Part shown: positions 21,671-33,944 of the stretch, piece by piece
Layout: the number at the start of each line of letters is the position of its first letter
How positions within the stretch are numbered: the first letter of the stretch is position 1
Source of the DNA: Penicillus capitatus
Taxonomy: Eukaryota; Plantae; Chlorophyta
Assembly: GCA_965649825.1 (NCBI GenBank)
Contig: OZ287701.1
Span: 919,101-983,100, forward strand
DNA length: 64,000 nt
Direction: 5' to 3'
The notes under the pieces: generated by a model
Told to the model about the DNA's origin: nothing
Seen by the model: only the letters and a program-made list of their open reading frames with translations
Database searches by the model: none
Made by a program: the position numbers and the translations under genes

Positions 21671-22973
21671 ATGGACGGGTACCTTTAAAACAAACATTCG
21701 TGGAGGTCAAGCGATCGAGACAAGTCAGCACTTATCACGATTTCTGCTATTCTTTAGCATGATCTGCTTCGATGGTGCAACAAACTACTTTTTCGACGTG
21801 TTTATTTGTTTGAAGAGGATTGACATGTCTTTGAACGCATCAGGATCTATCATTACAACCAGAATGTTTTACTCGTTTGATCTGGAATGCCATCGGCTGG
21901 GCGTGTCACTTGTGCGCTCTGTTAAATCCGTCAAAGTACAAGTTATGTCACTTGATTGTGCATTGGTTTCTGCTGGCTGTGATTGAGAATGAACTACATC
22001 TGTAAGAGGAGAGATGTTTAAGTTGTTCTGCCATTGAAGATGACGTCACAAAGTAGTTTCTGCATCTTAGAGCGCGAAGAACGAAGCGAGTAAAAGGTTG
22101 ACACATTCAGGCATGTCGGGAGGGAAAGGTTGTTGTCACAGGCAGAGCCTCCTGTGCACAGAAACTCTGCGTTCCATGTCGATGAGCGTCAATGCCGCGT
22201 TTGCAAAAACTGAAATGGCTAATGCCAGCATATGACATCGGATTTGTCTAAACAAGGAAGATACTCTCTTACCTGTGTTTGGAGGAGGCCGGACGCACAT
22301 CTGTGCAAATGATCTTTTAGGCGCAACGAGTAGGCGGCAAAGAGTACGGAGCATAGGTGGATATTTCAAACGCTGAATGATGTAGGTAAAAAAGAAATGC
22401 ACACAAGCACGGCAATCTCAGCCTGAACTCTCGATGAAGCTAACAGGTTAACGAGGCGTCAATAAGATGAGACCTTACCAGTCGAACAACGAACCCATGA
22501 GGTCATCCTGAATACGGATGTCGAGGGCGGTTGGATAAAGGGTGCCTAGGCGATGGTGCATTTTGCCAAGGTTGCTAGCTTTGGCGAAGTGCGTTCCGAG
22601 TTAACATCTGGGCGGTGAAGGTGCCGAAGAAAGGAGGAAGGGTCGCGAATCAGGATGCTCGCCGTCTTTTCTCCATTGAGATCGCTAACGGAACAAATCT
22701 CTTCGGTCTTTTCGAAATTCGAAAAGCAACTGATGTGGAATCGCTCGTGTCCATTACAAGAAACCGAGATCGATGAAGCACCGGTCCTACTGTCAACTGC
22801 AAAGGACTCCCCGAAAGACTAGCCGAAGATAATGATCAAAGTCCAGGTGGCAGGTGGTTCTTTCGACTATGGATCTGAACAACAGTCGTTAAAATGCCCA
22901 GATCGTGATGTGACAACAAACATCTGCTCTTCGATTGTTCTTGAGCGACTGTCGTCGACGGACGCGAACGATC

Positions 22974-24167
22974 ATGATTCCGATTCGTCCTTGCGGCAGC
23001 CAAGGGTTCAAATGCACGGCCCAGGGCCTTGGATGCATGGGCATGAGCACCTTCTACGGCGAGTTCGCAAGCAAGGAAGCGAGGGAAAACTCGCTCAGAG
23101 TACTCGAGAGATCCTTAAAGTTCGACGGCATGATGCTTGACACCTCCGACGCGTACGGTCCTCACACGAACGAAGAACTTATAGGTATGCATCACTAACC
23201 CATCCTTCCTCCTGACCGTGCCGTTCCCTCAGGAGTTGCAATCAGTGGTTCGAGGGAGCAGATCAGGATTGCGACCAAGTGCGGGACGATCATCGAACCT
23301 CAAGGTCGTCGCTACGACTGCGCTCCTGAGTATGTGAAGAAGAGCTGTCAAGGTAAACCATCATTAGTAATAAGGCAGCAGGCAGATATGATCTCTGTTC
23401 AGCATCTCTGGAGAGGCTGGGAGTCGACTGCATCGATCTCTACTATCTGCATCGTTACGACAACAAGACACCCATCGAAGACACCATGGGAGCCTTCAAA
23501 GTGGGAAATGCTGAGACCTTATTGTTCTCTGAGCGAACTGGCCGACAGGAACTTGTCGAGGAGGGAAAAATCAGATACGTCGGCGTGTCGGAGCTCGGAA
23601 TCGCAAATCTGAGAAAGGCGCACGCCGTGCATCCCATCACTGCTTATCAGATGGAGTGGTCTCTCTTCGCGAGAGACGTGGAGGCCGAACTGGTGCCGAC
23701 CTGTCGAGAACTTGGCATCGGTGTGCCAATCAGCCACCCTGTGCCGTAACGACCATCTTGTACTCTGCCATGCAGGTATTGTCGCCTACAGTCCTCTGGG
23801 ACGCGGATTCCTCACTGGCACTCTGAGAGGCCTCGACGACTTTCCCGACGGAGACTACAGAAAGACGCTTCCCCGTTTCTCCGAGTACATGGAAGACAAT
23901 CTCAAAATGGTGGAAGTCGTCAAGGAGGTTGCCGCGGAGAAGGGATGCACTCCCGGCCAAGTGGCTCTGGCCTGGGTCCATGCGCAGGGAGAAGACGTCT
24001 TTCCGATTCCCGGGACGAAAAAGGTCGAGCGATTCGAGGAGAACCTCGCCGCCTTAGACGTTCAACTGACGACGGCAGAGATGAAGAGGCTGGAGGAGAT
24101 CGGAGACAAGATCAAGGGCACAAGGTACTCTGAGGCGAACATGGGAGCCACATACGAATATCTGTGA
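22974..24167 (+). CDS. Aldo-keto reductase paralog A4 (intact near-identical twin of A1), 4 introns
   Basis: Full AKR motif set. It shares leader, introns and ~170 nt of 3' flank with A1 (5289-6740 vs 22901-24330). Confidence 0.93.
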
Positions 24168-26050
24168 ACGGACATCATTTTGACGATCTGATTCCTCTCC
24201 TCCTTCGAAGTCTACTTTGTAAGCGCAAAGCAAAGCGGAGAGTTAATGAGACTATTTTGGAAGTGATCAAACGATCGGTGTCACCTCTCTTTACACCTTT
24301 TGCTTGTGGATGATGGTGGCAGTGGGCGCCATGCTCACCTCTGATGCATGGATGGATGAGATGTGTCGTCACGTCGTCTCTTCAAACGTGGTACTGCTCA
24401 AAGTTGCGCGGTGTTTCAGATCAGGTAAATTCTTTGCAATCCCGACTCCTTCAGAAAGCGTCGCCAGAGAGATATCCCCTTCGTCTGTGCTGAACAAGGA
24501 TTCGTATGCTTCAAAAGCCTAACATGCATGCATGGACATATGTGATATTTGTGGCGACTTTTGGCGCAAGAAAAGGGTTGCTGCAGCATCGAAATGTGAC
24601 ACAGTCATTAAGGAGAAGACCCCGCTTGCGGATTCTACTCCTCGATATACCAAGAGATCTGTCGAAATCGTGACAGCCACTGCTTTAGCAAAGGGATGTA
24701 CCCCCAACTAAGCGGTCCACGTCTGGATCCAAGATCAGGAAGAAGACGTATTTCAATACCTCGACTGAGACACGCATTCGCTTCTGAGGAAATGTTACGC
24801 ATTTCAGCACGATGAGAAGTCAGTGCTTACCTGCGGCGACGACGCGATGCGACAGAAGACTAAACGTGACACTGTGTTCCGTGTACTGAGTGGTCATCCT
24901 ATTCTCATACCGTGATCGAGCAGAGGTATGACCAACACTCGGTTGTAGCCATCCTCACAGCTCTTACTCAAACCTCGCCTGATTTAAGGGGACATTCACG
25001 GCGCTGACGCGCTCCTCGCCACACAAACAGCCGCCTCACTCTAATCAAGCTGCGCACGACTCTCCTGAGCCGCCTTTACACCGAAACTGGCCAGAAAGCC
25101 AGCCCACCTATAGAAATCCACTGCGCGCACCTAAAGAAACAACTTGCGCCGAACACCGAGCAGGCATCGACGAGAAAGAGCCGCAGGACCGTGCGATTTC
25201 GAGGCTGTGGAGCCATGAGAGGCGCTTCGACTGTCAGAACTCTGTTTCCGAACTCGCCATCGCCAGAAAACGCCGTCGCCGCCAAAAACGCACTCGGAGA
25301 GTGGCTGAACCGTGTTCGCGCTGCTTTCTTGTAACACGGGCAGCTTTCCGCAGAGGGCGTCTCTTGGCTGGAGACTTGGCAGGAAGGCATCTCCTGAAAC
25401 CCGCTACTGAACGCCGAAGACAGTGATCTGAACGACACTTCCGCCGCCAAGAACCGCGAAGTCGAATGGCGTGCAGATTCAGGTGTAACGCGCATGCATG
25501 GAAAGCAGATACGGCCGAGGACGCCGTATGCGAAACAACGCATACGACGCCCTCGACCGTATTGGGAGGCCAGGAACGCAAACTACACGCACGCCTTCCG
25601 CTGTACAAACGTCACATCCCATGCATCAGTCGGAGTAAGCGGCCCGTCTCCTCTTTTTGCAGGCGGCCGGAGGTGGCAGGGACGTCACAAGAAACGTGCC
25701 TGCTCTCCGCACCAGGCTCTCCGGAGCGAGAAGAAAAACTGAACATATGGCTGCCGCAGTTCGAGGGATAAGACGTCGATCACGGATCATGAAACCAGCG
25801 TTTTCGGCTTTGACGGAGAGTTACAGAATAATCTCTCGCCTTCCACTCCTTTTACTCTCGCTCAACAGCGTTTGTCTTCGTTTTCCGAAGCACGGCGTCT
25901 CATCTCCTTTCGTCCTTTCACGCGGCGTGTAACCGGCTGTGTGCCTGGGTTATACGCAATGATTGCATTTTCCGCTTCGTTAATAGATGTTCGGAGTTTA
26001 AAAGCGTATGAGGACTCTGCCATACCAACATATCTACTACTCTTCGTTCC

Positions 26051-26453
26051 ATGCCTCGCGCCCGTCGCCAACTCGCTCGCTGTGCCTGTCTTGACTGCAC
26101 TCCGGAGTCGGAGTCAATAAACGCCGCTTTCGCCACAACGACTCCTCGACCGGTAAGCAACGCGTCATGCACCATCTGATTAAAACGATGCCTGCCAGGA
26201 CCCTCCGCCCAAATGTCTGGTCGTTTTCCACACCAACATCAACAAAGCAGACATTCAAGTACCTCCTCCTTCATCGTGGCGATGCACAGGGTTTCGTGGA
26301 TACGTTTAGGTCGAGGAGGACAAGGCTGGCTCCTTCCTTCCTCACATAGATTCCATCGTCCGCGAAGGCGGCTGTGGTCTGCTCTCGGTTAATGGCACGT
26401 TGTCAGGTTCCGATGTCGCATTCTCAGACGCAGATCTCACGGTGGACTGGTAG
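26051..26453 (+). CDS. Small hypothetical protein (101 aa), exons 26051-26152, 26199-26258, 26310-26453
   Basis: Two phase-0 GT-AG introns (46 and 51 nt, typical size here) give a continuous frame: MPRARRQLARCACLDC...PPPKCLVVFHTNINKADIQVEE...AFSDADLTVDW*. Confidence 0.65.
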
Positions 26454-26782
26454 CAGATGACGCCACGCTTAGCGCAGCGGAGAGTCTGCGTCAGTTGCTC
26501 TCGCCGCCGGGCGAGGTTCGGGCAGGGGCAGGGCGGAACGATCAAGGAGAGCAATCCAACCAGCCATCCGCGGCAACACTCCCGAAACAGTTGTTCGAGA
26601 GGTCCGTCTTCGGGGAGACAGCTCATCTCATGAAGAATGCGTTTCCACAGATTCCAAGGCATGCGAGCATCTCTCTGCTCTCCCATGCAACACGTTCGAG
26701 ACATCGGGGCGCGCCACGGCCTCTCGGTCTACGATTCAAGACGCGACCCTGTATCAACATCCAGTCCTCAATCCATAGCACA

Positions 26783-27319
26783 ATGGGCTGCCCAACGACT
26801 GGGTACCTCATTCCAGTCACACTCTACTTCGCATCACTCTTCTGCTCAGGTTTTGGCTCTCCCTCCAATCGGGGAGCGCAGAATGATAACGCAGTGTTCG
26901 TCCACGTGGACGGCCAACTGCCTCTGTACGATCAAGCAAACGTAACTTCACTGGAGTGGGTAGACGCATTCATCAAGGCCTTCGACGAGACACAGAACGC
27001 CAAGATGTCGACGCTGACGATCTTCGTAGGGGGACCCATCGATAAAAAAGACCTCTCGCCTGTCACCGGCGGAGAGGCAGTCATGCAAGGGGGTTATTCT
27101 TTCCTTCAGCCCTTTCAAAGCGCTGAATCATCCATTAGCCATTCAGACACAATGTTTATTGTTTCGCGTCGTCTCCAAGGCGTCGTCCGGCGCGACGCCT
27201 TTGCACGACTGCGTGATTTTGCCTTGTTTCATCAAGGCGCCTATTCAACGATGCCATTGGATCGTCTTCTCCCGGATGTCGCTTACAAAATTGGTTGTGC
27301 CAAGAAGTACGGCTCCTAA
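26783..27319 (+). CDS. Intronless hypothetical protein (178 aa) with a signal-peptide-like N-terminus
   Basis: Begins MGCPTTGYLIPVTLYFASLFCSGFGS. It lies within a 274-codon open frame that ends 3 nt before the CRY-DASH ATG. Confidence 0.6.
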   Translation: MGCPTTGYLIPVTLYFASLFCSGFGSPSNRGAQNDNAVFVHVDGQLPLYDQANVTSLEWVDAFIKAFDETQNAKMSTLTIFVGGPIDKKDLSPVTGGEAVMQGGYSFLQPFQSAESSISHSDTMFIVSRRLQGVVRRDAFARLRDFALFHQGAYSTMPLDRLLPDVAYKIGCAKKYGS

Positions 27320-27322
27320 GTG

Positions 27323-29141
27323 ATGGCCTTCCGTTTAATCGTGCTCTTTCGAAATGACCTCCGCCTCCACGACAACGTCGTCCTCTCCACGGCCGCCCAT
27401 CGCATCCGCAAGCGCAAGTCCGACGAGGTCGCCTGTTCGGAGGGTGTCTCGCCGAACCGAGTAGAGTCGTTGGTTCGAAGGTGCTGCCGATCTACTGCTT
27501 CGACCCTCGTCAGTTCGAAGCGAATCGACTGGACTACACGCGACAGCTCTACGGAGGACCGAAGACAGGAGTGCATCGCGCCGCGTTTCTTCTCGAGTCT
27601 GTGCTGGATCTCAAACGCAGCCTGCAGGCCGTCCGCAGCGATCTTCTGATCGCAGTGGGCCGCACGGACGACATCGTCGCCAGTAGACCTCAGTCCCTGC
27701 TGAGGACGGCCACGCTCCTGCGGTGTAGAGTACGCGTCGCCGATGGGGACGATCGTTCTGGCACAGGAGGAAGTGACGTCTGAAGAGGCCAGCATCGAAC
27801 ACGCCATCCACCAGAGCCTTCGAGTGAGAAGGATCCTCTAAGAGGCGTCGTCCATTGGGAGTGTGTGAAATTCTGCCTCAGGGTGTGGGACACCTCGAGC
27901 TGTTCTGGGGATCGACGCTGTTCCACGTCGAGGACATCCCTTTCGAACGCAACTTTCGCGACTTTCCCAACACACCGCATTCCTTCCTGGACCGAGTGAC
28001 GCCGCCGTGGGCTTCTCTGCTGTCACATCAGGGGCGTTTGCTTCACAGGTGGTGCAGAGAATCTATCCAGATCTGGCCATCCGGGTGCGAAACCTCTTCG
28101 GAGATGTGATCCCGGGCAGTCTGCCTTTTCCCGACGACGATGAGATTCGGAAGGCCTGCGCGTACGAGCCCACGCTGCTGGATCTCCCACTTCCTCCGAG
28201 CGATCAGAAAATGGCACATACGATACATCCACTGTCCTCCTTTCGTTTCAAGGTCTCACCGACTCTGTTCGTGATCGCGTGTCCGACCACGCTTGGCGTT
28301 GGAGGGAGGCGAGAAGGAGGGACTGGCGCGTTTGAAGTCGTACGTGTGGGAGAAGGGAGGTCTAGACGCCTTCAGTCATCGACGTTACGCCCTGTCCGGG
28401 CCCAACTTCTCGTCGAAGCTCTCTCCCTGGCTTGCATCCGGATGTCTCTCTCCGCGTCAGGTCTGGCGAGAGATCGCCGTTTACGAGAACCGTCGAGGGC
28501 CCAACAAATCCACCGAAGAAATGAAATACGCCCTCGGCTACAGGGATTGGATGAAGTTCATTGCCCACAAGTACGGATCCATGATCTTCTATCGAGTAAG
28601 CGCCTCTATCGCAACATCCTCCTCCAGCGGCGTGCAGACAGGAGTGATCGGCAATCCCATCTCGTCGAGATTTCGATGGAGAAAGGACGACGACATCGTA
28701 CAGAGATGGAAGGATGGAATGACGGGCGTTCCCTTCGTCGACGCCGCCATGAGAGAATTGAAGCAGACGGGGTACATTTCCAATAGGAGTCGAATGATCG
28801 CCGCCAATTTCTTCACGACTGAGATGCGAACGGACTGGCGATTGGGGGCGGCGCATTACGAGTCCTGCCTCATCGACTACGACGTCTGTTCCAACTGGGT
28901 CAACTGGCTCATCGCCGCCAATCTCCTGAACGAAAAGAACCTCTACCTTCGTGTCGTGCAGCAGTCCATGGAACTCGATCCAGACGGCTCTTACGTTCGG
29001 CGATGGGTTCCGGAAGTGGCATCGCTTCCCGATCTGTGGATCCATCGTCCGTGGGAGGCACCGGAAGAGGTCCTGCAGAAGTCCAATGTCGTTTTGGGCA
29101 CGTCGTATCCCGAGCCGATTCCTGGACGATACATAAAATGA
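27323..29141 (+). CDS. CRYD: Cryptochrome-DASH-like photolyase/cryptochrome family protein, multi-exon
   Basis: FRNDLRLHDN, YCFDPR, GPKTG..RA.FLLESV.DL, SSKLSPWL..GCLSPR, G.TGVPFVDAAMREL..TG..SNRSR, DWRLG, LIDYDVCSN and DPDGSYVRRWVPE. The N-terminal motifs match the DASH clade. Confidence 0.88.
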
Positions 29142-29516
29142 CAGGATGATGAACGGAACAGTACATTGTCTCTAATTGCATAGCGCTTAAAGAAATCGGA
29201 AGGGTCTGTGGTTTTCAGAACATCGTACCGAGGATCAACAACGAGTAATTGACGAATCAATCCCCATCGGCTAACTACTGGATCACTCCCATGCCCTCAA
29301 CTTATTTCTAACATACAACATGGGTTCCTATGCCCTGTCCACTGCCGATCCTCCTGATGTGACCTTTATCTTTGACCACCTTGTCACAACAGGACAACTT
29401 TCATCAGTAAGGGGACCATGAAATAGTAAAAGTCAGTCCAACAAAAAACAGATGTCACAGTCATACCACAGGTCCACTGAAAAGACGACAGAAGGCAAAA
29501 GCGTTGAAAAACATGA

Positions 29517-30874
29517 TCATTTTGAGATCTTGCCTTTGCCCTTCTTGTCAGACTTGGCCGATTTCACAGAACCCTTCAGAGAGATTTTGTCAGATTTTGC
29601 CGAACGTGTCTCTTTCCTTTCCGTCTTCTCGGATTTAACCGATACTTCGTCGGACACCCTTTTCGATTTGGTACCTTTGCTCTTGGTCTCTTTCTCTGCC
29701 TCATTTCCTACGACATCCCACACGACTCAGCAGGCAAAGACACGGTATGGCGGCGCCGACCTGTCTTTGAAGTCTTGACTGATGTTTTTCTGGAGGATCC
29801 CTTGTTCTTGCCTTTGGATCCTTTTGCCGGACAGAGGCATTTTTCATCGGGTTGGCAGTCAGGTGTTCCACAAAGCCAAATGACTCGGGGTGCCCTCGTG
29901 AATAGATTGTGTTCACACTGTTTCGCGCCTTCTTTCTTGTTGATCACTTTGCACGAACAGAGACCCGAAGACACAGCCTTGTTATCGCCGCAGCACTTGG
30001 CGGCTGTCCCTTTACACGGTGCTAAAAAACATTCGGTGATCGAGAGATACTCTTCGTTGTCGAATCCGCGGAAAAAATGTTGTGCACGTCCATCTTCGAT
30101 CGCCCACTGTTCTGCATCGATGAAGAGGTACTTGATATAGGTACAACCGTCACCTAAAGCGCCGCCACTCAGTTTAGCGCCGTCGGAATCGCTGACCACC
30201 CTCTTGCCTTTCTTTTTCTTGTCTTTCATGTCCTTGCGGTAGAGAAGTGCATCGAGCAGGTGGTGATGATCTGCGTTTGTATCCGTCACGGCCAAGGCAT
30301 TGTAGAGGCCTTCCGATACTTTGAATCCATATCCATTGCCTTCGGCCTCATCCATCGCTTCCGAATTGACGGAGTAGAAGTACGTTGTCTTTTTTGGACT
30401 CAATTCCAAAAGGGCGGCGAGGGACTTGACAATGGTAATGCCTTTGGCATTTGTCCAGAGGTCAGCCAAAATGGCAATTTGCTTCTTTCGGTCGCCTCTG
30501 TCAATTTTCTTAACGACCTTCAATGCTTCTTCCTCGCCAAAACGAATCATGCTCTCTGCACACAGCAAACCCTTGTCGTCATATAGCTCATAACGGCAGA
30601 CGCAGTGCCGGTGGTTTGTGCGTGTGGTTGGTGTGTTCGGGCACGAAGGCGGCCGACGGAGATGTGTGGTGGTGTCGTTACCTTGTTCTTTATTAAGCGT
30701 CGCTTGTTGGATGAAATAGGCCTCGAGGGCATCTTCTTCGCGTTCCTTGTTTGCAAGCTCTTTGTTTTTCTTCTTTTGGAATAATTCGCGTCCGCTGCCG
30801 TCGGCTCTGGCGTTCGCCGAGGACAAGATGGCCAGACATGCCAGACACCAGAGCAAACGCATCTGGAATCGCAT
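29517..30874 (-). CDS. Secreted cysteine-rich hypothetical protein with a Lys/Ser-rich tail (one intron near the 3' end)
   Basis: Signal peptide MRLLWCLACLAILSSANARA and a ~400-codon open frame with a C-terminal Cys cluster. It splices (ACAG|GTCGGC...GTCGTAG|GAAAT) into the K/S-rich exon ending at 29517. Confidence 0.75.
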
Positions 30875-31271
30875 TGCTGGAAGGAACAGACGTCGTTTAG
30901 GAAACGAAGTCGAAATGATAAACGCAATTCGCCTCAACGGTCGCCAAGGCCGGCAAAGAATTCTTACGACTTTTGCGAACTAACGACAAAGCCGTGGTGA
31001 ACAATCAACGTTTAAAACGAAACGCGTCACGCATAACCGTCGGCACTTCTCTGTGAAGTATGCGGCCGACCATCAAGATGAACTCTGGCGGTTGGACGAG
31101 AAGCCGAACGGCCCATGACGCACCATCAGAGCATCGGCCTATCTGTTTCAGAGATGATATCTATCGACAAGGTTACAGCGAATAGAATATTCCATACTAA
31201 GCAGATAAATGTTGGCAAAAACATTCCAAGAATCGTACCCGAAAGAGAAGACCATCATCAAAAAGCACATC

Positions 31272-33758
31272 CTAGTCGCAATGTATGGAGGAGGCGTTTA
31301 CGGGGTCAACGGAATGCATCTGAGGAGAAGTGCTGTTGATCTCCGGCATCCCGAACAGCGGCGTGTCTTTTAATGGGTCGTTTGGTATGGAAGCGAGCGA
31401 GGCATCCTCTTTCCAGATGGACTGCATCTCATAGACCTCAGCTGAGAGGACGTTGGATGCGCCGCCAAAGGAGACGAGATCCAAACCGGAGTCCTCTCGG
31501 TCGAGAGGAGCGCCTCTGTAGACGCGGGTGCTCAGTACCTCGCCGGATCCGGTGAAGATTTCCAGAGAGGAATGGTCGAGGATGATCCGGAGATGAAGGG
31601 CTTCTCCGGGATGCCAGTCGACGGGGCCACCGATACGGCGGCTGTTGTCCGGGTCTGACCACAGGAGAGGGGGTAAGGTATGGAGAAACGTATCAGAGGG
31701 GATGGACCTAAGAAGAATTCCATGGTGTCTGGGTTGAGAGCTTCGAAGACAACTTCCAAGCAGCTTCTCTCCCAATCGAAGACAATGGCGGCGGTGCCCT
31801 CTCCTCCAACACGCCACGAACGCAACAGCACACCTACCACCAGCCATTGGCAGCCTGTATACCATGGCTAAGATCCGTCCGTACCTACGGCATCGGATGT
31901 GCCCTTCTCAAACGCCAGTTCCATGTCGATGGCCTGACCGCTGACGTTCTCGATCGGAATCGGGTCTTCCGGAAAGAGAGCCACCTGCAGACACACGTCC
32001 GGATGAGGTAGAGATGGCACGATCCAGTCGGCTGACGTGCTCCGCTTTCCATTCACATTCGGATCTGAGTTGATCGATGCGATCGGCTGGTTGCTGGAAG
32101 AGCCTGCCTTTGTGCAATGTTAATTTTCGTGGTATGCTTAGACATCCTGCATAGTCGTAGGACCCAACAGTGCGCCTCTCCTGGAGCCATGCCCACAGCA
32201 ACGTCTCTCCGTTCTCGTCTTCCATGAGATTCGGCGCATAGACAATATCGCCGAGGTCAAGACGCGTCGGCGCCGTTTCTGTGTCGAAATGAAACACGTC
32301 TTCGTCATCCAGATGCCCCAGCCAATACAGTACAGGATTTGTCGGCGCATCCGGCGAGATACAGAAGAAATAGGTACTCCTACAGCACCACCACAGAAAT
32401 GTACACCTGCTCACAAACAGCAGCCATACGCACGTTCGATCCGGTTCGTTTGTGTCGGCCGCCGCCACCGCCGCCGGAGATGTCTGTAACGAGAGCTGCT
32501 GTAGTTGCGAGTCGATGCTGACGGGTTCCGACTCTCCGTTGCTGCTGCTCGGACGTTTGTTCGTTCGTGCACCAGGCTTCGGCCGATGTGACTGGAGTTT
32601 GCTTAGCAATGGGCATTCCCACATAGCGCCAGTATCTGCATCGCCCGTACACAGGTGTCCCACAAATTTCCAATCTGAAGCAGTCGTTGCTCTCCATGTG
32701 ATGCCGAGGACAGCAGAGGCGCTTCTAACTTGATAGGACATCCTTTGAGGTATACTTGAGGACTGTCCCTCCTCTGCCTTTGATACCGCTGCCGATCAAC
32801 ATCAGCCATTCGTTATCTGCATCGCCCTTTCTAAAGATGAACGGATCTCGCCATCCAGTCAGACCGGAACTCGCCGGAGGCAAACGCAGAATCGGTTCGG
32901 GCACTTTCTTCCACTTCATCATCAAATCATCATCTGCAGCGACGCCTCCCTGACACGAGGACCCTTTGTATGACGGCCTACTTGGATCGGCGACGGCTGC
33001 TAACTGCGTTTCGATAAAGGGCAGGTTCAAGTCGGCGTCGGCAGGAGGCAAGTTATCCTTGCAGTTGCTCCGTAGTCGTGCGCCTGTGTATAGAATGGTC
33101 GGAACGCCTTCGCTGTTTTTGATGCACGTTCCTGATGTACCACAACAGCTGTCACATCATCTGGGTATCTAAGCACGTCCAGTGCGCTACCTGAAAAGCA
33201 ACCGTCGGCGTCGAATCCTCCATGGCTCGGTTGGAGAGCGATGGGCAAATGTTCCCACAACACCAGATCTTCGCTGTAGGCGTGACCCCATACCAGTCCC
33301 CAATCCCATTCCACTCGATTCGGAACGTGCTGATAGAACCTGACAGCACACAGTACTTAAGCTCTCACTCTTTCTCACACAGAAAATCACACAAATGGTA
33401 GCGACCGTGACAATAGATAGGACCATTTGGGTCATTTAACCAACCGGAGAGCGGCATAACATGAAACTGCGGTCGGTCGGGATCACGTATAAGCACTCCG
33501 TCCTAAAGGCGCGACGTCTCCTATGCGCTATCTCCATACAGCAGCACCCACCACTTGTGCCATTCTGTCCGTCTCTTTCGTCCTGCGTCGAAGAGAGACG
33601 CCCGAGAAGGCCGCTTTCGAACGCCTTCTGCGTTTCCGTATCGCTCTAGACGCGTTTGATTTGCGAACACCACGTATCACGCGCCTCGGATATCGAACGT
33701 TGTCCTGAGGCGCAGGCCAGTCACGCCTCGTAATTCTGCGAGATGCTGTTATGTTCAT
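31272..33758 (-). CDS. Glycoside hydrolase family 32 (beta-fructofuranosidase/invertase-like), multi-exon
   Basis: RPQFHV, catalytic WLNDPNG, WGHAYS.DLV.W, GCFSG, GWRDPF, MWECP, YAPN, and a C-terminal beta-sandwich with [13 protein letters not shown]...VLSTRVY. The start exon is less certain. Confidence 0.9.
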
Positions 33759-33944
33759 TGCACGGCAGATGGCGTCGAAGTGACGTGTCGCGTATGGAGC
33801 GACGTTACAGAACGCGGCTGGGTTGAACGCGAGGCGCAGACAGCAGAAATGGCATTGCGACGCCAGTGCTTGAGTTCACTGTTGCAGTTGTCGAGATCAG
33901 ACCAACGTCAGCTTCCATCATCATCTATCTCGACGCATTAGCTG

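Noticed and set aside
21759-21986. Similar short ORFs downstream of both NLR-like genes (CFDGATNYFFDVF vs CFNDAANDSFDVF at 46742-46945)
   Set aside because: Substitutions fall mostly at codon positions 1-2, as expected for neutrally diverging duplicated 3' flank rather than coding sequence.
22100-22850. Two canonical-looking introns (GTAAGG...CTGTTAG, GTAAGA...GCATTAG) on the - strand
   Set aside because: Every spliced frame contains stops and no protein family was recognised. Possibly a pseudogene or non-coding transcript.
24500-25900. Scattered ORFs and one intron-like signal (GTAAGC...TTGCAG at ~25635-25660)
   Set aside because: No coherent gene model or homology could be built.
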